Part shown: positions 25,221 to 39,000 of the stretch, piece by piece | Layout: the number at the start of each line of letters is the position of its first letter | How positions within the stretch are numbered: the stretch's first letter is position 1 | Assembly: GCA_043228905.1 (NCBI GenBank) | Contig: JBHGNT010000004.1 | Span: 19,530,001 to 19,594,000, forward strand | DNA from: Azolla caroliniana | Lineage: Eukaryota > Plantae > Polypodiophyta | DNA length: 64,000 bases | Reading direction: 5' to 3' | The notes under the pieces: model-generated | Told to the model about the DNA's origin: nothing | Database searches by the model: none | The model's input: only the letters and a program-made list of their open reading frames with translations | Program-made: the position numbers and the translations under genes

Positions 25221-28200
25221 ACAGGAAGAAAACTCTCGGAGCAAAACAAGTACGAATCGGCCCGGATGGGGCATCTACGTACACGGCCGTAACCGGAGGA
25301 ATGAAGAAACAATACCGACAATTGGAGGATAAGTTACGGTCAGCATCAATAATAAAAGAAGACGAAGAAATCGTGGGAGTGATCGAGGAAGTGTTCTATG
25401 GGAATACACTACAACGGCTTGAAGAGCTTGCGGAAGATAAAAGCCAAGGGAACCGGGTAGTCCCGGTGGAATCGGTCGAGATGTACGAGATCGTTGCGAA
25501 AATGGGGCCGGATGCGCTCCGCAAAGAAGAAGCAATGGTAAGTACGAAATACAAGACCGTGGAGAAGAAGGTGAAACCGGCCGCGGGACCACTACCCGCC
25601 GATAGCGAACAAAAGAAGAAAGAAGTCTCGGGAGATCCGACACTTCGGAAGTCCGTGGATATCGGACATGCCTTCACAGATGAGACCTGGAAGAAACTTC
25701 GGATCGGTGGAGGTGGGTTCCTCTTACAAGAAGAAGAAAAACGGTTTCGAGAGATGTTGGAGCAACATGGCAAAGCATTCGCGTTCACATCGAGGGAGAT
25801 CGGATGCATTGATCCAAAGATAGTGGAGCCGATGGTGATTTTCACGATTGATCATGTACCGTGGAACCTGAAGCCGATTCCGGTGCCACGGGCGCATATT
25901 CCGAAAGTCATCGACTTCCTCAAGGAGAAGGTGGCGATGGGGATTCTAGAGCCATCAAGTGCTCCGTACTCAAATTGATGGTTTACGGTTCCGAAGAAGA
26001 ATGGGTCACTCCGATTCATCCAAGACTTGCAACCGGTGAACAAGGTCACGATCTGGAACTCGGGAGTCGGTCCGATAGTGGACGAATTCGCGGAAGCTTT
26101 TGCCGGACGTGCGATATACTCCATCGGGGACCTATACTCGGGGTATGACCAATTCCAACTAGCCGTGGAGAGCCGAGACGTCACTACCATGCGGACACCG
26201 ATAGGACTAGTTCGAATGTGCACACTACCACAAGGAGCGACAAACTCGGTTGCACATATGATGAACGCGATGAACAAGGTGCTTCGAGATTGCATCCCGG
26301 AGATAACGATGCCGTTTCTAGATGACATTCCGATGAAAGGATGCGCGGTGGAAGAAAAAGATGAGACTATGGATGATCGGGGATGCCGAAAGTTCGTGGT
26401 CGACCATATTCATGATTGCGAGAAAGTGTTGCGAAAGCTAGAAGATGTGCACCTAACACTTTCCGGGGAGAAATCGGCATTCGGGCAAGAAGAAATATTG
26501 GTGGTCGGACATCTATGTGGACCCTACGGCCGAAGACCGTCACCAACAAAGATCGATGCGATTCAAGCTATGAAGGAAGTATGTGAGTCAACATCGGAAG
26601 TCCGAAGGTTTCTGGGTGCGTGTGCATTCTATCACATATGGATTCCGCACTATGCACATATAGCGGACCCGCTCTATCACTTGTTGCGGAAAGGTAAGAA
26701 ATTCGAATGGAAACCGGAACACACTAAAGCCATGAGGAAGCTCAAGAAGACACTATGGAGGGCGGAATCACTTAAGAAGCCAAGCTACGAGCGGCCAATC
26801 ATAGTAACGGTTGATACAAGTCCAACCGGTATCGGGTGGGTCATCAATCAAGCCGACTCGGATGGTTCGCGGTATCCGATCCGATTTGGAGCAAAGGTCC
26901 TCAACGAAAGGCAACGCGGATATGCACAAGTCAAAAGAGAATTGTGGGGAGTCGTGTCGGCGATAAAATCGGATCGGGATTATTTGATCGGAGCTGAAGT
27001 GGTGATCGAGACGGATTGTCTTCCGATACTCGGGATGATGCGGTGTTGTACGATACCGGATGTGGCTATGCTAAGGTGGATTGCATATGTCAAGTCACTT
27101 AATCCGGAGGTTCGACACATCTCGGGGAAGGACAACGCGATAGCGGACATGTTATCGAGGGCGCGGTTTGAAGACGACATAACCGAATCAGATAATGAAG
27201 AAGTTTCCGAAGACTACTTCACGTCAGAACACATATGCCGAGTGAACGTGATCCGAGAATTCCGGGAAGAAGAATACGAGGGGGAAACCTTGATGATCGG
27301 GAAGATGCTACAAGAGGTCGAGGATTCAACCAATGATAAAGAAAGGAGAGCCGAGATCCGAAGGAAGAAGAGGCAAGTCCAAAAGTTCTTCTTGGAAAAC
27401 GGTTTAATATGGAGGACGCCGAAAAGACCGGATGGGATACCACTTCGAGTAGTCGGGACGAAAGAGCAACGAAACCGGATAATGTCCGAGTTCCACGAAT
27501 CCGATTGGGCTGGACATCGAGGAACATGGGCAACTTTTGTGAAAATCAAGCAAAGATATTGGTGGAAGAACATGTACAAAGATGTCGCGGAGTTCACAGA
27601 AAGCTGCGAGAAATGTCAAGTCTACTCCGGGGTCCGACACCGAGATGAGCTGCATCCGACATTCTCACCGACAATCAACTTCAAGTGGATGGTCGACATT
27701 GTAGCTATGCCGACCGGGATTGAACAAAAGAAATACTTGGTGTTAGCTCGAGAAGATCTCACAAACCAAGTTGAAGGTCGAGCGCTTCGGAGGAAAACGT
27801 GTGCCGCGGTGTGCCAATTTCTTTTGGAAGAAGTGTTTTGTAGGTACGGCTGCGTAGGACAAGTGATTGCGGACCGGGGAGAACTCGACTCGGACAAAGC
27901 TAGGGGATTCTTCGCCAAACATGGAGTTCGGTTAACGTTGACAACGGCCTACAATCCGGAGGCCAACGGGAAGATCGAACGAGGACATAGTCCGATCGTG
28001 AAAGCACTTGCGAAGGCATGCGACGGAAGGGTGAAGGATTGGCCACAAATGCTTCCGTATGCACTATGGGCGGATCGGACGACGCATAGCTCCGTGACCG
28101 GTTACATGCCGGCAGAACTCATGACCGGACAAGCACCGGTAATGCCAACGGAAACCGCAATCGCGACATGGACAATACTACCGTGGAAGGAAGAGATGAG

Positions 28201-28768
28201 CCGGGAAGAACTACTAGCGGTCCGGATACGACAACTGGAGGGAAGACCGAAAGATGTAGCGGAAGCGTCACGCCGACAACAAGAAGCACGGTTCCGGAAC
28301 AAAAGCCGGTTCGACACAAAGCACCGACTACGACCGAGGAGGATTGAAGAAGGAGATTGGGTGATCGTCTATGATAGTAGCTTGGACCATCAACATACAA
28401 CGATGCGGAAATTCGCGAAAAGGTGGTTCGGGCCGTACGAGGTTCGGAAGGTCTTCGACAACGGGACGTACTGACTGTCCGAGTTGGATGGAACAATACT
28501 ACGAGTGCCTATAGCCGGGAAGCGGGTGAAGATTTTCAAGAAGCGGACCGACGACAAACCTTATGTGATCCAAGTCGAGGCCGACAACGAGGAGCAATCG
28601 GACGAAGACCACAATGATGCGGGAAGCGAAGAAAGTGGATTACAACTCATAGTCGACATAAGGGGAGAATCGGAGGAAGCTTCGGATGAAGACGGATACG
28701 AAGAATCAAGAACTTCGGCACATACCGGAGGATGTGCAGGTTTGGAGGGGGCGAGTGTCGTAGTGTAG
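25163..28768 (+). pseudogene. pol: Gypsy Pol (RT-RNase H-integrase) with two in-frame TGA stops (25976, 28472)
   Basis: RT LPQG...FLDD, RNase H, HHCC zinc finger, DDE core, GPY motif and acidic tail. Confidence 0.93.
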
Positions 28769-29777
28769 GTTGCACACTATGTGGAAATTATATTTTTGTC
28801 CCTCCGGATAGAGAATGGAGTGCTCGGTGGGAACCGGAAGAAAACGGCATACCGGCAAGGAGGAAAACGGCATACCGGCAAGGAGGAAAACGGCATACCG
28901 GCAAGGAAGAAAACGGCATACCGGCAAGGAAGAGCCGGATAAAGAGACATAAATGTAAAAAAAAGGAAATACTCACTACTACGCAGGGCATGATTCGAAC
29001 TCTGCACCTCCACGTTGACAAACCCCAACCTTACCATTACATTAACTTATCTTAAGTGTTTTAAATATAGATTTAATACATATAAGACCTTTATTAAAAG
29101 GTAAATCGTGTATTTTTTTAATATATGAAAAATGAAAAAGAATACGAGACACTAAAAATAACTCATGCACATCTAGCGTGCATGAGCCCTATACTTAGGA
29201 AATAAAAAAGCATCACATGCACATTTAGTGGACATGAACACTTTTTGTAAAAAAAAAAGCATGAAGCCATGCTTAGCTCTTCCTTCCTTATATAAGGAGG
29301 AGAGAAATATATAAAGGGTTGTTGATTATTTGGATTAAGTATTAATCAATACAAAAATTATTCGTGGGATTCACGATTTATACATCTACTTCTCTCTTAA
29401 CACCCTAAGTACCAATTAATATAGTATACTCGTGTGATTCACGAGTTTCTTATCTTTCTCTTCGCTATTTATTCATAATTAATCTCTATCTCACGAACTT
29501 CTTTCTCCTAGTCCAAGACCTCTGTGGTTCCCACCCGACTCACGCAACGATCCGGAGCCGAAAGGCACGACACCGTGGACTCCCGTGGTTTTTTCCCTCT
29601 CGGGGGTTTTCCACGTTAACATCCTGTGTATTCTCTTTTTTTCTATTCGGGTACTTACCTCCATTCCCACTTCTTCTGTGTTCGATTATCATCAAGTGAT
29701 CTACGCTTCAGTTGTGGCCGGAGATTATTCCGTACATTTCTCGACAAAGTGGTATCAGAGCGAAACGACACAGAAAA

Positions 29778-32700
29778 ATGGAGGATTCGTTGGGAGGCAT
29801 GTTCAAGCTCACTGGCTCCAAGTACTCAGTGTGGAAGTCGAAAATGAGGGACATGCTCATGGTTAAAGATCATTGGTTGCCGGTTCAGTTCGGGGACAAG
29901 AGACTGGACAAAATCGATGCCACGATATGGGAGGTGTTGCACATGAAGACAACGATGAACATATGGTGCTTCATCGACATGAGTCTATACAACAACTTCA
30001 ATGAAGAGAGCAAGGCTCATGAGCTCTTGGAGAAGATCGACGTTATGTTTCAGAACAAAAATGTTGTTAATCAGGTTTCGGTATTTCGGAAGCTAGTAAG
30101 ACTCTGGTACCAAGATGGCTCCAGCATGGCGGAGCACATGAATGCCTTCCAGGGGTTGATCCACCAGGGAACATCATTGGAAGTACTTCTCGCCGATGAG
30201 GTACTAGCACGAGTCCTACTTGGTTCCCTTCCAGATAGCTAGGAGACGTTGGTTGTTACTTTGGGCAACCCTGGGCCAGAAAGGAAATGGTTATTCCTAG
30301 CAAGAGTGAAGTCGAGCTTGCTAGTTGAGGAGGCGAGTCGGAAAGACAAGGATACGAGCTCCGACTCCAAAGCACTCCTAACCGAATCGGAACACGGAAG
30401 GCATAGGAAGCGTAGTCCCTAGAACCGGGAAAAGTCGTGGACAAGGTCAAAGTCAAGGGGGAGGCCTACTTGCTTCTATTGCGGCAAGCCCAGACACTTC
30501 CAGAAGAACTGTCAGCACTTCCGAAAAGACAAGGAAACCGACGGTACCGATTCGAAGCGGTCACCGGACCGGAACAGTAAAGACCGGACCAGAAGGGAAC
30601 GACGGCAATCGCGGCAAGTGAAGAAGAGTTGATGCTCATCACCAAAGAGAGTGAGTTGTACCTTGTCGGAGACAAGACAACGTGGGTTGTCGATTCCAGA
30701 GTGTCGTTCCACCTGACCCCGGACCGGAAATGCTTCTCATCCTACACAGTCGGTGAGCACAGTTGTGTCCGGATGGGGAATGAAGGTACATGCTGAGTTG
30801 TCGGCATAGGAGACGTATGGTTGACAACACCAACTAGATGCAAGCTACTACTGAAGGATGTCTGACACGTTCCCGAGGTTCGACTGAACCTAATATCAGT
30901 CGGTCAGCTAGACGATGAAGGCTACATGGGTAGCATCCGGAACGGAGTCATGAAATTCAACAAAGGGAGCCTTATAGTGGCTCGGGCCCAGAAGGTCAAC
31001 ACGTTGTACTTGATGAAGGCCCAGAAGAAGTGAACGTGGCTTCCGACACTGCCGATGAGCTGTGGCACAAGAGACTGTGTCACATGAGCATGAAAGAGAT
31101 GAAGAGGCTTGCCGATGACAACCTCATCCCGGTGAAGAACGTGCATCTTGAGAGGTGTACCGACTGCCTAGCCGGTAAGCAAAATTGAACCTCCTTCCAA
31201 TCACGGCCACCGACGAGACGTAATGCACCATTGGAGTTGATGCATACCGGTGTGTGTCAAGTGGACACGAAGTCCCACGCCGGAGCATAGTACTTCGTGA
31301 CGTTCATAGATGACCACAGCAAGAGGTTGTGGGCCACACCGTTGAAGACGAAGGATTAGGTGTTATCCGTCTTCAAGGAGCTCCATGCAAGAGTGGAAAG
31401 AGAAACCGGACGGAAGCTGAATGCAGTTCGAACAGATAATGGAGGGGAATACCGGGGCCAGTTCGAGGAGTACTGCCGCTCAAAGGGAATCCGGCTCGAA
31501 TTTACCGTGCCGAAGACACTAGAACTAAACGGGCTAGCTAAGAGGATGAACCGGAGCATAATGGAGAGGGTTCGGAGTATGCTAGCACATGCTAAACTAC
31601 CCAAGATGTTTTAGGCTGAGGCGCTGTCAACAGTGACGTATGTGATAAACACATCACCCTCAGTGCCCTTGGATGGAGACACGCCGCAAAAGGTGTGGAC
31701 CGGTAAGGAAGTGTCCTACCGGCATTTGAAAGTGTTCGGGTGTCTCGCATATGTGCATGTAGCTAGGACCGGAGAGGAAAGTTGGATCCAAAGACCCGGC
31801 CATGCATATTCCTTGGATACGGCGATGATGAGTTCGGCTACCGAGTGTGGGATCCAGTTGACAAGAAGGTTTTCCGGAGCCGAGATATTATCTTCATGGA
31901 GGACAAGAGTCTTGCCGACTGGGAGTCGGAGAAGAAGATAATGAACTCCGATGAGATTCGGACCCACCCGGCTAAGAGCCTGGTTGACACTTGAGGAACC
32001 AGCCGGTTATGCCGAGGATACCGAACCGGCAGAAGAAGAAGTAGAGGAAGCTGAAACCGGAACCGGCCAAGACCCCAAATCGGATTCGGATGAAGAACAA
32101 ATAGAGGAGCCGGTTGCCGAAAGCCAAAGATGGAGATATCCTCTCAGAGAGAGAAGGGCCCCCCGGAGATTTCTGGATGCAAAGCATGTGTTGCTGACCG
32201 ATGAGGGGGAGCCGGAAATCTTCGAAGAAGCGAAGGATGACACCCATAGCCGCAAGTGGTTGAGTGCCAAGCAAGACAAGATGGATTCCCTACATGAGAA
32301 CCACACTTATGAATTGGTGGAGTTGCCAAAAGGAAAGAGGGCACTTCGAAGCAAGTAGGTGTACAAGTTGAAACCAGGAGATGCTGGCAACCCTCCAAGG
32401 TACAAAGCCAGGATCGTGGTGAAGGGGTTCCAACAGAAGAAGGGCGTGGACTTCAATGAGATATTTGCCCTGGTAGTAAAGATGACTTCCATCTGAACGG
32501 TGCTAAGCATAGCGGCAAGCATGGACCTCGAGTTAGAAGTGATGATGGTGTTCCTCCACGGCAACCTCAAAGAGGAGATCTACATGCAGCAACCGGAGGG
32601 ATTTGTGAAGAAAGGGAAGGAGCAACTGGTTTGCCGGTTCAAAAAGAGCCTCTATGGGTTGAAGCAGGCTCCCCGGCAATGGTACCAGAAGTTCGACTCC

Positions 32701-33625
32701 TTCATGACCGATCAAGGGTACCACAAGACACACGCCAATCATTGCGTATTTGTGAAGAAGTTCGAAGGTGGAGACTTCCTGATACTCCTCTTGTAAGTCG
32801 ACGGCATGTTGATCGTCGGATGAGACCAAATCAAGATACAGATGCTGAAGAAGGCCCTGAACCGGACCTTCTCAATGAAAGACTTGGGTCCGGCAAGACA
32901 GATGTTGGGGATGCATATCATTCGGGACCGGCCAACGAAGCAATTGTGGCTGTCACAGGAGAAGTACGTGACAAAGGTGCTTCAGCAGTTCAACATGTCA
33001 GATGCAATACCGGTCGTATCGACACTTCCGGCAAACTGCAGGTTATCCGGTAAGCAAAGCCCGAAGACGAAGGCAGAGAAGGTGGATATGATGAAGATAC
33101 CATGGATACTCTGATACTTGAAAGGCACCTCAAGTATGTGCCTCCAACACGGCTCCGGTAAACCCCAACTTGACGGTTTCACCGATTCGGATATGTCGGC
33201 TGATGTAGATACCAGCCGGTCAACATCCGGATATGTCATGACATATGCGGGGGGAGCTGTTTCATGGCAATCAAGGCTGCAGAAGACGATTGCACTGTCA
33301 ACCACGGCAACGGAGTACATGGCGGTTGTGGAAGCCGGCAAGGAAATACTATGGATGAAGGACTTCATCGAAGAGCTAGGGATCAGGCAAGAGGAATACC
33401 GGCTCTATTGTGACTGCCAAATTGCCATCCACCTTGCGAAGAACGTAGTGTATCATTCCAGGATGAAGCACATCCAGCGGAGGTACCACTGGATTCGGGA
33501 GTGAGTAGAAGACCGAGAGTTCGTGCTGACGAAGATCCACACGAAAGAGAATGGGTCGGATATGTTGACCAAGGTGCTGACACCAGACAAGCTAGACGTA
33601 TGCCGGAAGCGGATTGGATTGACGA
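29778..33625 (+). pseudogene. gag-pol: Copia gag-pol pseudogene
   Basis: Fragments of gag, integrase (TDNGGEY), RT (KSLYGLKQAPRQWY) and RNase H (FTDSD...SWQSRLQ), with many stops. Confidence 0.92.
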
Positions 33626-33921
33626 GGCATCCCATATTGGAGTGAAGGGGGAGTTTGTTAGGATCTCGGTCCCTCTGGATGGGATACACAGGCCCGACAT
33701 CGGAATACCCGGCAAGGAAGACCCGGTGAGAACCGGATGTTGCAGGCTCGGCATTGGAAGACCCAGTGAGAACCAAATGTTGCACGCTCGAGATCAGAAG
33801 ACCCGGTGAGAACCGGAAGACGAGTACCCGGCAAGGAAGACCTAGTGAGAACCTAGGGCAAACAGTGTACAGGTTGTTGCTGTTATTATCTTCATATAGT
33901 GTAATTTGGTGTAATGACGGT

Positions 33922-33953
<32 letters not shown>

Positions 33954-34791
33954 TGAGTGATTGAGTGATACAGAGCATGTCTCTGTTGTACCCGCCACCA
34001 TGCGAAGATCGTGAGTAGGAGGTCATTGCCCCTGTGCTCCCGGTTGTACTCATTGGCATGGTGATAGTTTGGAGTCCATGGACTCCCATGGTTTTTTCCC
34101 TCTCGAGGGTTTTCCACGTTACCATCTTGTGTATTCTCTTTTTTTCTGTTCGTGTACTTATCTCCATTCCCACTTCTTCTGTGTTCGATTGTCATCAAGT
34201 GATCTACGCTTCGGTTGTGGCCGGAGATTATTCTGCACATTTCTCGACAATTATCATTTATCCTGCGGTACATGTTATGATTTACGAATGGGATCAGGGC
34301 ATGTTGTCCTTCATGTTGCAGGCTTTAGGGGACCTGTACCACCAAGACCTTAAAAAAAAGTTGAGTGCCTTATCTATTACGCGAGCAGCGCTCTATTTAT
34401 TTTGGTTACTAATAACCACTTACTTTTGATTGAATTTGGCGTTACCCTATTATTCAATGTTGGTACATGGTTAATACGTGATGGATTTAAGATTATGCTA
34501 TTGTTCCTATTGATGGATGGGTTACGAAACGAAATCGGAAAAGTGTTTTCTCTCATTCGTGTTGCACTCCTAGTGGAACTTGAATCCAAATCTCTTCGTT
34601 ATAAGCAATGTGCATTATCCATTTGGACACAACTATTGGTTCTATTGTATATTTAATCATCGTGTTATGCTATTATTCCACAAACATAGGTTTCTTAGAA
34701 AATGTGTTTGAGATCACATTATTGTTTATATTTGTGTATGGGTCTTTTTTTATAAGCAATGGGATCACGTTCTGTTGTCCTTGGTGTTATG

Positions 34792-34864
34792 CACGCCTGG
34801 TGGGACTCGAACCCACAATCCCTTGATTAGAAGTCAAATGCCTTTTCCATTAAACCACAAGTGC
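34792..34864 (-). pseudogene. trnR: tRNA-Arg(UCU), mutated copy
   Basis: TCT anticodon and intact T arm; D stem damaged. Confidence 0.75.
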
Positions 34865-35781
34865 TCGACTTGGTCATAGTTTTAATAAGCTAACTTTGAG
34901 CTAGATTTGAAGTTACGCTACTATTCCTAATATGGCTATTATTGACAATACGGTTGTGACGCAAGCTATTTGATGTCACTTTTTCATTAGTTTTAATGTA
35001 CAGTATATTATAACGAAGTTCTTATTAAAGTACATTTTATTATAAGGAATCAGATTACGGTGTGCAATTCTCCGTGTTGCAAGGTTTGTGGAACTTGCGG
35101 GATTGGAACCCATAATCCCTTGATTTGAAGTAAAGTGCCTTATCTGTTAGGCCAAAAGTAGTCCACTTAGTTAGGTTGCTATTCACCACTTACTTTGGAT
35201 TGAATTTGGAATTAAGCTATTTATCACCATTGGTCTGGATGTTACACAATGAATTTGAGATGAAGTTATTGTTCATCTTAGTGTATGGGTTATTAGAAGG
35301 ACCGACAATCCGTTGATTAGAAGTGAAGTGCCTTATAATACGAGATTTGGTTACATTGTTCATCACCCTTACTTTGTAATAGATTTCGTGTTACGCTATT
35401 ATTCACAGTATGGATATTCGCAATGGATTTAATGTCAAGTTATTGTTTATCCTACGGTACAGGTTATTATGACGAATGGGATCAAGGTGTCTTGTCTTTC
35501 GTGTTGCAGGCTTTAGTGGACCCGTACCACTGAGACCTTAAAAAAAAGTTGAGTGCCTTATCCATTATGAGAGCAACACTACATTTAGTTTGGCTACTAA
35601 TAACCACTCACTTTCGATAAAATTTGGCGTTCCCCTATTATTCAATGTTGGTACATGATTAATACGCGATAAATTTAAGATCATATTATTGTTCGTATAC
35701 ATGTACGGGTTACAACGCGGAATCGGAACATTGTTGTCTCTCATTCGTGTTGCACTCCTAGTTGAACTCGAATCCAAAACC

Positions 35782-35854
35782 CACGCCTGGTGGGACTCAA
35801 ACCCACAATCCCCTGATTAGAAGTCAAGTGCCTTATCCATTAGGCCACAGGCGC
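35782..35854 (-). tRNA. trnR: tRNA-Arg(UCU), near-intact (T-loop C56 mutated)
   Basis: Acceptor GCGCCTG/CAGGCGT, D arm intact, TCT anticodon, T loop TTTGAGT. Confidence 0.7.
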
Positions 35855-36312
35855 TCGACTAGTTTTAATCACCTCTACTTTGAGATAGATTTGAAGTTAT
35901 GCTAGTATTCACAATATGGTTATTATTGACAATACGGTTGTGACGCAAGCTATTTGATGTCACCTTTTCCTTCGTCTTAGTGGACGGTTTATTATAATGA
36001 AGTTCTTGTTGGTGTATGGTTTATTATAAGGAATCGGATTAGGAGTGCAACCCTTCGTGTTCTAGGCTTTGTGGGACTTGTAGGATTGGAACCCATAATC
36101 CCTTGATTTCAAGTCAAGTGCCTTCTCGGCTAGGCCTAAAGCACTCCACTTATTTAGGTTGCTATTCACCACTCACTTTCGATTGAAATTCGTATTATGC
36201 TATTTTTAATTGTCGATTCTTATGGAATGTATTTGAGATCACATTATTGTTTATCTTTCTGTACGGGTTTTTAGAAGCAATGGGATAACGTTCTGCTGTC
36301 CTTGGTGTTATG

Positions 36313-36385
36313 CACGCCCGGTAGGACTCGAAGCCACAATCCCTTCATTAGAAATCAAATGCCTTAACCATTAGGCCACAAGTGC
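36313..36385 (-). pseudogene. trnR: tRNA-Arg(UCU), mutated copy
   Basis: Multiple stem mismatches. Confidence 0.7.
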
Positions 36386-37504
36386 TCGATTTGGTTATAG
36401 TTTTAATCACCTAAGTTTGAGATAGATTTGAAGTTACGCTACCATTCCCAATATCGCTATTATTGACAATACGGTTGTGACACAAGCTATTTGATGTCAT
36501 GTTTTCGTTCGTCTTAGTGTATAGTCTAATTTAACGAAGTTCATATTGATGTACGGTTTATTATAAGGAATTGGATTAGGGCGTGCAATCCTCCGTGTTG
36601 CAGGGTTTGTGGGACTTGTGGGATTGGAACCCATAATCCCTTGATTTCAAGTCAAGTGTCTTATGTGTTACGCCAGAAGTGTTCCACTGAGATAAGTTTC
36701 TATTCACCACTTACTTTCGATTGAATTTGGTATTATGGTATTTATCAACATCGGCCTGGTTGTTACACAATGGATTACAGATGAAATCATTGTTCGTCTT
36801 CGTGTATGGGTTATTGCAAGGAATGCTATCAGGCTTTGGTGTCCTTGGTGTGGTTCTTGGCTATTATGACTTGAACCCACAATCCATTGATTAGAAGTCA
36901 GGTGCCTTATAGTGCTTGATTTGGTTACATTGTTAATCACTATTACTTTGGAATAGATTTTGGGTTACGCTATTATTCAAGGTATGGGATTTTCGCAATT
37001 GATTTAATATCAATTTATTGTTTATCCTATTGTACAGGTTATGATGAAGAATGGGATCAGGGCATGCTGCTGTCCTTCGTGTTGCAGGCTTTAGGGAACA
37101 TGAACCATCGAGCCCTTAAAATAAAGTTGAGTTCCTTATCCATTACGCGAGGAGCGCTCTATTTAGTTTGGCTACTAGTAACCACTTACTTTCGATTGAG
37201 TTTGGCATTACCTGATTAATCAATGTTGGTACATGATTAATACACAATGGATTTAAGATTATGTTATTGTTCGTATTGATGTATGGATTACGACGCGGAA
37301 TCGGAAAAGTGTTTTTTTTCCCCATTCGTGTTGTGTACGGATTTTAACAAGCAATGGCATCACGTTTTGTTGTTCTTGGTGTTATCCAGGCTTGGTGGGA
37401 CCCCAACCCACAATCGCATAATCGGGATAGTGTTTTTCCCCATTCGTGTTGTGTATGGGTTTTTACAAGCAATGGCATCACGTTTTGTTGTTCTTCGTGT
37501 TGTC

Positions 37505-37577
37505 CACGCCTAGTGGGACTCGAACCCACAATCCCTTGATTAGAAGTCAAGTGCCTTATCCATTAGGCCACAAGTGC
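37505..37577 (-). tRNA. trnR: tRNA-Arg(UCU), near-intact
   Basis: D, anticodon (CTTGA CTTCTAA TCAAG) and T arms intact; one A-C mismatch in the acceptor stem. Confidence 0.8.
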
Positions 37578-38927
37578 TCGATTTGGTTATAGTTTTAATG
37601 ATCTAACTTTCAGTTAGATTTGAAGTTACGTTGTTATTCCTAATATGGCTATTATTGAAAATAGGGTTGTGATGCAAGGTATTTGATGTCATGTTTTCGT
37701 TCGTCTTACTGTACGGTTTATTATAACGATGTTCTTGTTGGTGTATGGTTAATTATAAGGAATTGCATTACTACGTGCAATCTTCTCTGTTGTAGGCTTT
37801 GTGGGACTTGTGGGATCGGAACCCATAATCCCTTGATTTCAAGTGAAGTGCCTTATTGGTTAGGCAAGAAGCACTCCACTTAGTTAGGTTGCTATTCACC
37901 ACTTACTTTGGATTCAATTTGGTATTATGCTATTTATCACCGTGGATTTGAGATAAAGTTATTGTTCGTCTTAGTGTATGGGTTATTACAAGGAATGGTA
38001 TCAGGCTTAGGTCTCCTTGGTATGGTCCATGGTCGGTGGGACACGAACTCACAAACCGTTGATTAGAAGTCAAGTGCCTTATAGCGCTAGATTTGGTTAT
38101 GTTGTTAATCACCCTTATTTTCGATTGAATTTAGCGTTGCCCTATTATTCAATGTCAGTCTAGTTAATACACAATGGATTTAAGATTATGTTATTGTTCG
38201 TATTGATGTACGGGCACGGAATCAGAAGAGTGTTTTCTCTCATTCGTGTTGCACTCCTAGTGGAACTCGAGTCCAAAACCTCATCGTTATGAGGAACGTG
38301 CATTATCCATTTTGGCCCAACTATTGGTTATACTATATATTTAATCGTGCTATTCTGGATTGAATTTTGTGTTACACTATTATTCTACGGTACAGGTTAT
38401 GATGACAATGGGATTAGGGCATGTTGTCCTTCGTGTTGCAGACTTTAGGGCACCCGTACCATCGAGACCCTAAAACAAAGTTGAGTGCCTTATCCATTTC
38501 GCAAGTAGCGCTCTATTTGCTTTGGCTACTAATAACCACTTATTTACGATTGATTTTGGCGTTACCCCATTATTCAATGTTGGTACATGGTTCATACGCG
38601 ATGGATTTAAGATTATGTTATTGTTCGTATTGATGTAAGGGTCACGACGCGGAATCGGAAGAGTGTTTTCTCTCATTCGTCTTGCACTCCTAGTGGAACT
38701 AGAATCCAAAACCTCTTCGTTATAAGGAACATGCATTATCCATTTGGACACAACTAATTGTTATATTGTATATTTAATCGTGCTATTTTGTATTGAATTT
38801 GTTGTTACGCTATTATTCCACGTAGATAAGGCTCTTAGAGAATGTATTTCGGATCACATTATTGTTTATCTTTGTGTACGGGTCTTTACAAGCAATGGGA
38901 TCACGTTCTGTTGTCCTTGGTGTTATG

Positions 38928-39000
38928 CACGCCTGGTGCGACTCGAACCCACAATCCCTTGATTAGATGGAAAGTGCCTTATCCATTAGGCCACAAGTGC
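38928..39000 (-). pseudogene. trnR: tRNA-Arg(UCU), mutated copy
   Basis: Anticodon arm damaged. Confidence 0.7.

Larger units (their letters stand above)
22280..29572 (+). mobile_element. Full-length Ty3/Gypsy element (tRNA-Trp-primed, no chromodomain)
   Basis: LTRs 22280-23089 and 28756-29572 (TGTCG...CGACA, near-identical, with 3 vs 4 copies of a 23-bp repeat). 4-bp TSD CCGT, PBS 23094-23111, PPT 28744-28755. Confidence 0.96.
21832..34249 (+). mobile_element. Full-length decayed Ty1/Copia element with a Gypsy element nested in its 5' LTR
   Basis: 5' LTR 21832-22279 plus 29577-29746, iMet PBS 29750-29761, PPT just before the 3' LTR 33656-34249. TSD GTTAT/ATTAT. Confidence 0.93.

Noticed and set aside
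35100-35160. Functional opal suppressor or selenocysteine tRNA
   Set aside because: The anticodon stem is mismatched, the B box, D loop and acceptor stem are damaged, and there is no long variable arm.
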